Positions 22,478-32,956 of a DNA stretch of 37,639 nucleotides are shown here, in pieces. The position numbers and the translations under genes are program-made. Within the stretch, counting starts at the first letter, position 1, and each line of letters begins with the position of its first letter. Source of the stretch: Vitrella brassicaformis CCMP3155 (lineage: Eukaryota > Protista > Chromerida); contig CDMY01000639.1 of assembly GCA_001179505.1 (NCBI GenBank), positions 1-37,639 of the forward strand. The letters run 5' to 3'. The notes under the pieces are model-generated. The model worked only from the letters and a program-made list of their open reading frames with translations. It was not told the DNA's origin and made no database searches.

Positions 22478-24395
22478 AAGCCTCCTCCCCACATCATTTT
22501 TCAATCGTTCCAAATGTGCCGAATATTCAAACAACGGCAAACCGCAGAAAAATATTCTGGAAAACGCAAATTAAAAAAAATCGAGGAGCAATGTTAAAAA
22601 TTCCGACAGCAAGGAACACATTTTAATAGCCACAAAAAATAAAAAGAGAGAATTTAAAAAATTTGGGTTGCAACCCGTGAGCTGTTTGAATCACAGCTTC
22701 CCTGCCATGTTCTTCTCTCGCAAACCAATGTCCTTCACACATCAAGCTGGATAACACTCGTTTGTATTGTCCACACAGTCCATTTGCCTTCACACGTCCA
22801 CACACATTCACACACACACACACACACACACAAAAGACAGACATAAGATTACACACAACACATAGAGACATGCATACATAATTCACACAGACAAACAGCC
22901 AGACAGTGTCGGCAGATGCACCACATTCATTCACATAGACAGACAGTCGGGGCTGGTATGTACATGAACCAATCAATTAATCAACCAATCAATCAATCAA
23001 TCAACCAATCAATCAACTATTTTCCTCGATTTGTCCGGTATCTCGGTGACGTGCACATCCGAGCGCGTTTTTCGACACCAGAAATTGCCATTTTCCGCGG
23101 GCGAAAACCCGGGGGGCCCACTCGTCCGGGGACTTTGCCCCTCTTCTGCCCTCATGTCCTCTTTTAAGATGGTTTAAGATCTCCCAAACCCCTAATTTTA
23201 AAAGAACGCAAATACACATTAGAAAAGGGAGGAAATTCTGAAACATTGGAAACATTGCAAATCCAAGGGAGGAACCTTGGATGGGCTGCAAAAATGATAC
23301 GGTAGCGTCCTCCTCTGAGCCTGTCTGTGTGTGGAAGCAAGAAAGGCGAGAGATACAGACAGTCGAACCTCTCAGAGAGAGGCGCTATCGCGCCACCGCC
23401 CTCTCTGTACGTGCGGGCAGGGTGTGAGAGAAAGGGGTGACTGGCTGTAGATGGCTGATGTGTGGATGATGTGACGTGACGTGGAACAGGGGAAGGGCGA
23501 TGTCAGGTGATGTCCTCAGCGACAGTCCAATCACGATACGCAACAAAAGCACAAAGGCTGCCAAAGCCGAAAGGCTGGGAATCGACCTGTGGTGTCCGGC
23601 TGCAACCATGAAAAGGCAAATGCTGCTCTATGCGCTTTCTGGACAGCTCTATCCCACTCAGCTCTCTGTACTTTGCAAGATTGTCTCTATGACACATCTT
23701 GCAATGCACACATGCCTGGCTGGCTGCAGCCCTTCGACTGCTCCACTGACATGTGCGTTGGCTACAGACAGCATGCATCACATCATGCAAGGGTTCCCTT
23801 ACGCACCCTCCATGCACACATCCATCCATCCATCCATCCATCACCATCCAGGTAAGGATTTACCGTGTAAGGAGTTCGCGATTTGATATGACGTATGCAT
23901 GACCGTGTAAGGATTTACTGCGATGGAGTCCACTTCGCATCAAAAACTCGCTCGGCACACCACCGAAATACCTGGAAACATCGTAGAAAATCATTGATCG
24001 ATTGATTGATTGATTGATGGATGGATGGATCAGTTGGTTGGTTCATGTACGTGCTCTGTGTGTCTGTCTCTTCGTCTATCTTACCCCTAGTCTATCTGTA
24101 CATACGTATGGATTGCGTCTCATGAATGAATGTGGTGCTATGAATGTATGGCTGTTATGTATGCTCGTAGCTGATGGTATGTCTGCCTGCAAGCGCGTGT
24201 GTGTGTTTATGTGAAGGCAAATGGATTGTGGAGCATACAACTGAGTGTGTCGACATTGTTGGCGAAATTTTTCCCTATTTTTTTACTCTTTGACATCGTT
24301 TTGAATGTTTTCTGCTGGTTTGGCGGTGGTTTGCATTTTATACTGGTGGCATATTGGGAGGTTTTAAAAAGGGCGCGATCAAAGGGAGAAGGCTT
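22478..24395. mobile_element. Element with long degenerate inverted arms (~22478-23075 and ~23940-24395) around a ~0.9-kb core
   Basis: Collinear inverted matches: tccatttgccttcac 22779/24225, gcaccacattcattca 22918/24138, gtacatgaaccaa 22960/24050, (AATC)n vs (GATT)n, ggtatctcggtg...ccgagcgcgttttt ~23040-23070/~23945-23975, and aagcctcctccc 22478/24395. Confidence 0.55.
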
Positions 24396-24434
24396 CTACG
24401 GGGTGAGTCGTGGTCGCTTCTAGGCAACACGCAT

Positions 24435-26632
24435 TTACATACATCGACAAGTCAGACACGGCTTCTGTTGTTCCTCTAGTTTTGCTGATGTGTCGACAAA
24501 TGCACATTGGAAGAACAAGGGATGATCTCGCACATTCGCCGCCGTACCTTCACCCACAGAGAGATCCCAATTGGCGGTTGTGTATCTTTCTGCGTGTATG
24601 GATGGCCTACCATCTTTGCTGGTCCTTTTGATATAGTCGAGCTTTGTCTTGTCAGTGAGACATTGTCGTGTCATTGCGCGGAGCACACTTCTCGCTGTCT
24701 CGCTATTTGGCGCATTCCACAGTATCTTTTTGCTATAGTAGTCCATCAGGCGCAGCTTCTCTGTGACGGTTCGGTGGTCCTCGTAGAGCTCATCCAGTAC
24801 GGGCTGCAGCGCTTTGCGAGGGTCCTGCTCAAAGACAGAGCCCTCGATCGCATAAGTGAAATTCCTGTAAGGCGGAACAGCACCGACCCCCACAATACGG
24901 GCCGTGTGATGACATCACATTCTGTCCCTCTCTGCATACCTCCATGGGATTTCGCACTGGAAGGGGATGCCGTACTTGAAAACGCCGTCAAGCTCATTTA
25001 TCAGGACGTTCAGCGTCCGGGCCCAAAAAGCATCGGCAACCCTCGAGCTCGTCACATCTCTCCCGGGAAAGCATAGATTCAACTTTGAGTTAGCCAGGCG
25101 ATGCAGAAAGATTGAAGCTGAGAAGAGTTGGTGTGAGCGTTTGTAGCTCACGCCCTGGCATTGCTCAAAATTGCCCATTTTGAATCCATTTGGATCGATG
25201 ATCCTCCCTCTACGGGGACAAAACGGGAATTGAGTTTTGAAGTTGCGCCGAAAAAGGCCAACAAAGACACTCTTTCCGGTGACACAATCCGGGCAAGACT
25301 CTGGCCTATAACGCCAATTCGCCAAGCTTTCGAAGGCCAACAGTCGATACGGACGACCGTGATACACCTTTCCTTCGACACTCAACCACAGCACACATAT
25401 CGGCAGAGTTGAGTTGCCTGAGTCTAACCTTGAAAGAACATTGCGTAGTCGCGTTCGAACCAGTCGTGTCTCGAGGGAGGGTTGAAAGCCGAGCCTAGTC
25501 GGTCATCCTCAAACACGTCGGTAGGTTTGATGAGCCCGCGTTCCAGGAGACTTTCCTTCTCAAAAGGCTGGTATGCTTTTTGTAGCGCCGTCAGCGAGGA
25601 CCTGAATGCAGACATACACAACCAGTCATCGATGCATTGAGTTGCGTAGGATTTTCATACGTGTGGGGTATCGTGACAGCACATCCGAAGAGGCCCCTGT
25701 CTGTTGGACAGGATGGTCGACTATATGTGTGTTGCAGATGGCTGGTCTTTCTCCTTCACTTCCTTACGGTTGTCCGCAAGGTGCCGCCCCTGTGTGATTC
25801 TCCTGGCAAATGTCGCAAACTCCCTCCCAAGTACCATCTCCATGTGACCAGGATACCTGAAACGCCAGTCACTCGCCTGCATGGCAATTCATATATACGT
25901 CATGAGGACAGCTGTGTGATACGAACATCATCTGTCACGAGCCGGGTCCAAGTACCACTCACCACTAGAATGTGGTCGAGTCCGCCATTCCTCTCCCATT
26001 GCGGCGTCTCCGTCACCTGGATAACTGAGCAGCTCGTGCCATGTACGCTAACATGTCTCACCTCTTTTGCAGCCTGTTCAGCCAGTGCGTGTATGGTCTT
26101 GCTGTTTTTCTCTCTACACAACTTTCGGTACAAAAGCACTGTATGCAACATAATGATTCGCTTAGCCTGGTTTCCTTGCCTTGTTCGTCCGCAGACCTGG
26201 ATAGATTGGGAGGACATAGACGACGGCTTTGTCAGGGTCAGACGTCCTCCAAGAATCGTTCCACAACTGGTCTAACCAATATAGCTCGTCAATATTTTTC
26301 GTGTCATCTAGAGGGAGACGGCCAGGCCATCCGCCCGACAATATCTGTCGTGCGCTCTCTTGACACATCTGATACAGCGCTTTCATTGCCGGCGTTTGAT
26401 ATATGTAGAATGGCACCTCCATGTGGCGTTCCAAGGCCTCCAAGTCAGCAGAATTGCTGTTGGCTTCTTGGATATCATTGTGTTTGTGTTTCCTGTGGTT
26501 CAAGACGACACCGCGGGAGGACGGGCGGCCGGGGCGCAGCCTGGGAGGAGGATAACTATTGCAGCTGACACACAGACACAGACAGACACATTGCAACAGG
26601 AACAGGTCCACAAAGGTAGGAAATGTCTTCAT
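24435..26632 (-). CDS. Exostosin-like glycosyltransferase (GT47), copy 2, paralog of 3494-5660
   Basis: Same start MKTFPTFVDLFLLQC and the same motif order: WRTSDPDKAVVYVLPIYP, NGGLDHILV, RDYAMFFQG, SKLNLCFPGRDVTSSRVADAF...GIPFQCEIPW, YAIEGSVFEQDP...KILWNAPNSETARSVL. Confidence 0.8.
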
Positions 26633-26774
26633 CCAAGATGATTCTGAGTGTAAAACCTGGGCCGGAAGCGACTTTACTTCAACCTTATATCGCAGTGATC
26701 TTGTTTCCCCAGCGGTCTGTGGACAAAACTTTGGGAAGTCTGACACAGACAATGCACGTCAAACGGTCTCTTAA

Positions 26775-27575
26775 ATGTCACATGGTGGCCCAGAGAGACG
26801 ACGGGCGGTCCACCGGGCGGTTGAGGCCAAGACGGCCGGGTGGGTGACTTGCCGGCCTGACGCAGAGGACCACACCGACCTGACGCCTGACGAGTTCCGC
26901 GACAACATGGCCATCCGGTACGCCTACGAACCTCCCAAGATGCCCACCCACTGCGACGGCTGCGGAGCTGCCCACGCCCTCAACTATGGGGTGGGTGGGT
27001 GGGTGGGTTGGTTGGTGATTCGGCGGCACCACGAGGTGGTGGACGTGCTGTGCGACCTGTCTGCCAAGGCTTGGGGCGAGTCGGCGGCCAGGAAGGAGGT
27101 GGTGGTGATCGTGGAGACCGAGGAGGGCGAGAAGGGGTTGCGGACGGAAATGGTGGTGAGGGGGGTGTGGGAGCGGCAAAAGGACGTGTCGCTTGACCTC
27201 TGCGTAACAAAGGCTGATGCGTCTTCCTACCGCAAGAAATCGACCGCCTCCATTCTCAAGAGCAAGGCCAAGGCCAAGGAGGCCCACCACAGGCGTGTGT
27301 GCGAGGACAAGTCCATCCACTTCACCCCCTTGTGCGTCACGGTGGATGGTGTGTGGGGCAGAGAGGCCAATGGTTTTTTCAGCCGCCTGGTTGAGAAGCT
27401 GCGCAGCAGGGCTGCGTGGGCAGACAAGTCGTATGGCCAGATGATGGGGTGGGCCCGTGCTCGTTTGTTTGTTGCGTTGGCACGTAGTGCGACTTTGCGT
27501 GTGCGTGGCGGGCGGCGCCGCTGGAAGATGCGCCAGGCGGGCGCTGAGGATGGTGCTGGTATGTTTGTCGCGTGA
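26775..27575 (+). mobile_element. 5'-truncated CRE-like (RLE-type) non-LTR retrotransposon remnant 2, different lineage from remnants 1 and 3
   Basis: AGWVTCRP...LTPDEFRDNMAIRY...CDGCG...HAL...GG...RRHHEVVD (zinc knuckle), then GLRTEMVVRGVWE...LDLCVT..DASSY...KAKAK...FTPLCVTVDGVWG (RLE). Several conserved Cys/Asp positions appear substituted. No RT domain. Confidence 0.8.
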
Positions 27576-28149
27576 CTGAGAGTTGGTCGATTGACACAGT
27601 CCATTTCATGAGAGGCCGACAGACTCTGCCTGCCGTTGCGCTATGAGTTTTGCTCGCTTTCAGAAGCATGGGCGACCAGCACATCTGATCTAGAGTCGGG
27701 AATGGTATTCGCACGCAGGCACATGGATAGGCAATCACGGAAACACAAGCGCACCACACGACATGAAATGACAGCAGCAGTCCGACACAAACTCACATAA
27801 GCGACAACATAGACGCAATGACATAAATGCAATCACATAAGCGACAACCGCACACACTACCAAACCACCACATGCAACCCAAACCCGACCCTTCACACAA
27901 CGTTCCCAAACCAATCCCTCACGGCCGGTCCTGGCATGCAAACGTGCGGGTTTGCGCCCTGCAGGGCCCTCGAGAGATGAGGTCCTCAGGAAACAGACCT
28001 GCCCGTTGCTGTGTCCGAGCATCGGCCGCATGGTGTGCGCGGCAGGACACTTGAAAAGCATTCCAGCGCATCAGCGCGACCGACAAACACTGCCCCCAAT
28101 AATTCATGACCCCCTAATGAAACAACGCACGATCTTCTGCAGAGCTGGC

Positions 28150-28520
28150 GGGTAGGGGGACGCGCCGTCGCGCGCGGCGAAGCAGAGTGAGGATCAATAT
28201 TGGTGAGGGTCTCTCCACCCCAACGGCCGAACATCTCCGCCGCTAGAGGTACGAACGTGTAGCCCTTCTGCCAACAGCTCCCGCCCTTCCCCGCTCCTTC
28301 CCCGCGGCTGCAATGCCGCCCGGCCGACGTGCATTGCTGCGGTTGACCTGAGTGTGGTGGGCGGTGGAGTTCTCGGGCCGACACGAATGGACCACCGTGA
28401 CGTCGCACAGGACACCTTGCCGTCGATGGGGAAGAAGAGGTCCATGCGCTGACTGTTGGGCTGGGCGTCTGGAGGGGTGATGTTGTAGCCTCCGTTTTCA
28501 CTGATTCCCAGGGGCAAAAG
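28150..28520 (-). mobile_element. Frameshifted RLE-domain fragment, CRE-like remnant 3
   Basis: Across frameshifts: QRMDLFFPIDGKV...DVTVVHS...RRPGGIAAAGK...CWQKGYTFVPLAAEMFGRWG. It resembles remnant 1 (QRMAML, DVTGTH, RPGSA, GYTFLTLAFESYGRW). Confidence 0.7.
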
Positions 28521-28943
28521 CGGCGGTCATGACTCATTTTCCAAATAAAAAGGATCAATAATGCGCGTGGGCGAAGTTCCGCTCAAAGGGCCAGTGTTGT
28601 GTCCCTGGCCGAGGAAAATAACTTGCCGGCCAGCTTGATACGCCCCACGGGATATGGCATATCCCTAGGATATGGCATCTCCGGAGAGATGCTTATGTAT
28701 CAGATGCATTTAATTTATCAACGACGACGAACTTCGTCAAGCATCAGTCCATATCAAGCAAGCAAAGGGAACAGGGTTCAACATGCAAAGCCAATGAACA
28801 ACGGTCACGCTGCAAGTGACACACGCATGACGATACACATTCACAATATCCAGACCCAGCCACCACCTCACAGCCCCGAAGAGGGGCTGGCGTGTCTGGC
28901 TGGAGGAGCCGGCTGAGGACGCAAAACCAGGTGGCAATCCAAT

Positions 28944-29068
28944 GTATGGCCATCGCGCTGCAATTCAGGATTCTTTTCCGCCTGTGCACTTTGTTGTGTT
29001 GTGAGACAGAATATTCGAGAATGCAAGGTATGGCCATCGCGCTGCAGGATATCCTTTTCCGCCTGTGC
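28944..29068. repeat. Diverged ~41-bp repeat at 84-bp period
   Basis: gtatggccatcgcgctgca...cttttccgcctgtgc at 28944 and 29028. Confidence 0.8.
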
Positions 29069-29492
29069 TCTTCGTTACCAAACGTCACACCAGCCAGACA
29101 GACAGGGCAATGCCATTTGTTTGGCCTCACCCAGTTGGTGAAGGTGCAGGCCAGTAAAGAGCCCCACTGCCCTAAAGGGCATGAGAGGCGAGGATGCGAG
29201 AGCGAAGAAGGCCGCTGCTGTCGTCAAGTTCGTGCAGCGGTCGCAGAAGCGGTGTGGTAACACGCACCATGAAGATCACTGGAGCAGAGACAAACAGGCG
29301 GACCACAAGTACTACACGAGATGTCTATGAAGAGATAATTGCTGTTGGCGCTTTGCTCAGAGTTACAACCTCTGGCCACTCAGTGAATGGCCAGAGGTTG
29401 AATTCACTAAGTGCTTTGTCCAGGATGAATTCACTGGATGGCCAGAGGGGAATGATTAATCATTGATCGTATCAGCACACAGATAACAGCGT

Positions 29493-31248
29493 CTAGTGAA
29501 GGGCCGTCTGGCGTTGGAGTTCCTCCGGAATTTTCTTCGCTGTGAACTCCGGACAAGTGGGGTCTCCGCCGGTGCCAAACGAAAACGACGAACATTCGTG
29601 GAAGATACTCTCTTCCCTGTATCTCCGTTTGTACGCCCTGCCCCGTATTTCGACTTTTCCCTTCTTGTTGCCAACGACGCCAATCCAAAAAAACCTTTCG
29701 TGGGGACATACAGACAGAGGCAATGACAATGACTAGACACAGTACATTATCGCGTGTTTGTGTTCGGAAAATCCTACCGTCGACCCTTGCCATATTTCTC
29801 TTGGTTGAATCTGAAGCTGTTGTAGTCTTCGCTGAGAGGTAGATGGAGGATGACGGCAGCGGCTGAGGCTACAATAGCTATTTCCTTACCAGCAGCTGGC
29901 GATGGCTACCGAGGGTAAACCACCCGGTCCCACGCCCGCCTCGAGCTTAGAGTAATACACTGAAAAACCATCACCGGGTGGTTTCTCGAATATGTCGGTC
30001 GCCGGACACGTTCCTGGCAAGAAAGGAAGAAAGAAAGACCGAAAGAAAGACAGTGAGTGAGTGAACAGGAATGTTGAGATTTCTCTTGCCTGTGCAACAC
30101 TCCCGGTTGTTGTACCCTGCACCAGAAAATGCACGCAAGTCAGTTTTGCCCTTGCCACCCTTGTCAGTCGGAGCTAAGCCATACCAATGATTACGTGGTC
30201 GGCAAACTAGACAGGAATGACAAAGAACAAAAGATAGTGACACATCAGCGCACTTGTTCAATGCCTCTCACGTCCTTTGCATTGTAACTATCGGTCCGGT
30301 CGACGAATATCTCGAGCTCAAAATCGATCACATGTTCCCCGTTTGGGCGTAGCGCATCCTTGTAGATCTCTCGCAAATCTTCACGGTCATCGACATCGAC
30401 AGATTCGTCACGGTCTTCGTCACGGTCATCGCTTAAGATTCCAGCATACGTTTGGCGAAGCTCACCCCCTGCCCCTGCTGTTTTTGTGAGGAAAGGAAAT
30501 CGCACAACAACTACATCTAGTTTTGCATTATCCGTCCCAAACGTCTTGCTAGGCTCATCTTCTGGGTCGATGATATTAAAAATATCTGCAATAACAAAGA
30601 ACGCAGTGAAAGTGTGCCGTATAGACACGCCTCACCCGTGACACGCCTCACCCGTGCCACATATGGAGTCGCCTGGCACCCCAGGCCAGTCGTCCGTTCT
30701 CTTGTTGATGAATTCGGGCAACCGCTTTTCCTGGTCTCCACCAAAATAGATGGTGTGCCTGTCGCCGGTGTCGTCGATAGCCTGAGGGGGGATCTCGGGT
30801 GGACCAGGTGAAGGTACAGTCCCTACGACGAGAGGTGATAGCACGTCAAAGAACCCACCATTGACCTTCCTGACCCTGCAAACGAAAACATGCGCACGCA
30901 TTTGTACAAATGTATGATGATAAAGACACATACCTTTCCGGGCATGTGAGGGCGACGTTGGGAGGATCGGTCAGGCCCTCGACGTATTCCTGCCCTAGAA
31001 ACGGTGGGCACACTGCAACAGCCGAAAAGTCGACAGGAAAATGTTGCCATTTTCGTGTTTGACCCACCATCTGTTGTGCTGAAGCCGAGGCCGCTCTGAT
31101 GCGCCGAGATATCCAGGCCACCTGAACTCACCGACAGGAAGGAGTCATCCGAGCCACTGGAACGCGAGGGACGTCGGAGGACGGCGTGGGGCGCCGCGCG
31201 CGACGTGAAGCCTATCAGGAGGCCTACGAGGACCACCAGAATGGCCAT
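29493..31248 (-). CDS. Putative secreted, acidic protein of unknown function, multi-exon
   Basis: Signal-like MAILVVLVGLLIGFTSRA. Successive open exon-like frames bounded by GT-AG sites (VNGGFFDVLSPLVVG..., DIFNIIDPEDEPSKTFG...SDDRDEDRDESVDVDDREDL..., WYGLAPTDKGGKG..., FFWIGVVGNKKGKVEIRG...QTALH*). No family recognised and the model is approximate. Confidence 0.5.
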
Positions 31249-31443
31249 CAGTAGCCTGTCGCACCGACAACAGCGGGAGGACGGCACAGCTGGGAGGCAG
31301 ACCAGACAGTGACCAGACACAGGAACCAACCAACGAACAAGATGCGACCGACACCTCGAGGTGAGTGTGGGAGAATCGACTGCCTCGAACTAAACCTTTT
31401 TTTGTAGACGGGGGGATGTGGCATTTACTTTACGATTAATAAC

Positions 31444-31540
31444 GGAAAGCCAGCTCTGCATGCGCAGTGCAGAAAGCCAGCTTTCGAAGCGGAAAGCCAG
31501 CTTTCCAGGCGGAAAGCCAGCCTTCCGCCGGAAAGCTGGC
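31444..31540. repeat. Array of quasi-palindromic GGAAAGCCAGCTTTCC motifs, ~20-bp period
   Basis: (g)gaaagccagc at 31444, 31472, 31491 and 31511, and the inverted form ggaaagctggc at 31530. Confidence 0.85.
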
Positions 31541-31879
31541 GAGAAACGGCGGTTCCGGGCAAGGCAGAAGACAAGCAAATCATGAAGCAAACGCGCTTCA
31601 ATGAACGATAAGACACAAGTCGCTCACCACGTCGCGTGATCGCTTGATGAGCGATTCTCTCTTTTGATCGTTGAGAGACAGCTGTGTCCGGATTGTGTAG
31701 CGTAGCTAAGGATGCCGATTCCAGGCGCTGCGCACGCGAGGACATGGCGGACGCAGTGGTGAAAACACCCAACCAAGCAATGCATTCGTCTCTCACCGAT
31801 CGCGAGTCTCGGATATATACACAGTAGAGGGGAGGAGGGTAGATAGAGGGTAGACAGACATCCACGCGTTGGCCCGATG

Positions 31880-31944
31880 TAGCTTCGCTCTTGTGTGTGC
31901 ACACACAAGAGCGAAGCTATGTGCACACACAAGAGCGAAGCTAT
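31880..31944. repeat. Perfect 40-bp palindrome plus direct 24-bp duplication of its right arm
   Basis: tagcttcgctcttgtgtgtgcacacacaagagcgaagcta (31880-31919) is self-complementary. gtgcacacacaagagcgaagctat occurs at 31897 and 31921. Confidence 0.95.
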
Positions 31945-32596
31945 GTCTGTTCCACTATGTTACATGTCTTGTTGACCTGCTTTGCTGCTGTCGGTACCCT
32001 CCTGTAGCCAGCCCTCGTGGCTCGCCGCCTTCAGTAACCTAAGAGAGCGGTCCGTAGATGCCTCAGCTGCTGTCCACCGTCATTCCATGTATGGGTGCGA
32101 GAGCCCTTGGATGTCTCCGAATGTCTGATTCATCGGGGAGACGAAAGTCGCCTTAGTGGCCAATAGCTCAATCAGTCAACTACTAATCGTCCTCTGCGCG
32201 CAACGACTGCTCCCTTTCCTCTTCTGTCCTCCCCTCGTGCGCATAGCCACACACTCGTCCTCCAACACGGCCTGGGCTTTTGCCGCCTCAGCGGCGAGCT
32301 CTAACGAACGCACCTGCTCCCCCGCCCACTCTCTAAACTCAACAGCCATGTCAAGAGCCCTATCTACATCATCTCTGTCAGCTGACAACACTGGGAATTG
32401 CTTGTTGAATCTGAGTACCCCATCGTGCGACCTGGCAGGTAACGTAAACCCTCGAGATACTCATACGTCTCTGTGTGTCTGTGTGTTAGGTTGTTCGTGG
32501 GATGTGTGCGCGGTGTTCAGGTTTCTGTCTGCCCCCTTCCCCCCCTGGTGTTCAGGTTTCTGTCTACCCCTTTCCCCCCTCCCCCTCCCCCTTCGG

Positions 32597-32956
32597 CAGC
32601 AGGGGCGTCGGAGACGGCGGGTCCAGCAGGAGGGACGTCGAAGATGGCGTATCCAGCAGCAGACGCGTCGAAGATGGCGGGTCCAGCCGCAGGGGCGTCG
32701 AAGATGGCGGATCCAGCAGGAGAGGCGTCGGAGACGGCGGATCCACCCGCAGAGGCGTCGGAGACGGCGGATCCAGCCGCAGAGGCGGCGGAGACGGCGG
32801 GTCCAGCCGCAGAGGCGGCGGAGATGGCGTATCCAGCAGCAGAGGCGTCGAAGATGGCGGGTCCAGCCGCAGGGGCGTCGAAGATGGCAGATCCAGCAGG
32901 AGAGGCGTCGGAGACGGCGGATCCAGCAGCAGAGGCGGCGGAGACGGCGGGTCCAG
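32597..32956. repeat. 30-bp minisatellite, 12 units, open reading on both strands
   Basis: Unit ~cagcagaggcgtcggagacggcggatc(c). The + frame gives AEASETADPA-type decapeptides; the - frame gives AAGSAVSDAS-type decapeptides. Confidence 0.9.

Noticed and set aside
32597-32956. CRISPR-like regular repeats
   Set aside because: The units are contiguous 30-mers with no unique spacers, there are no cas genes, and the context is eukaryotic.
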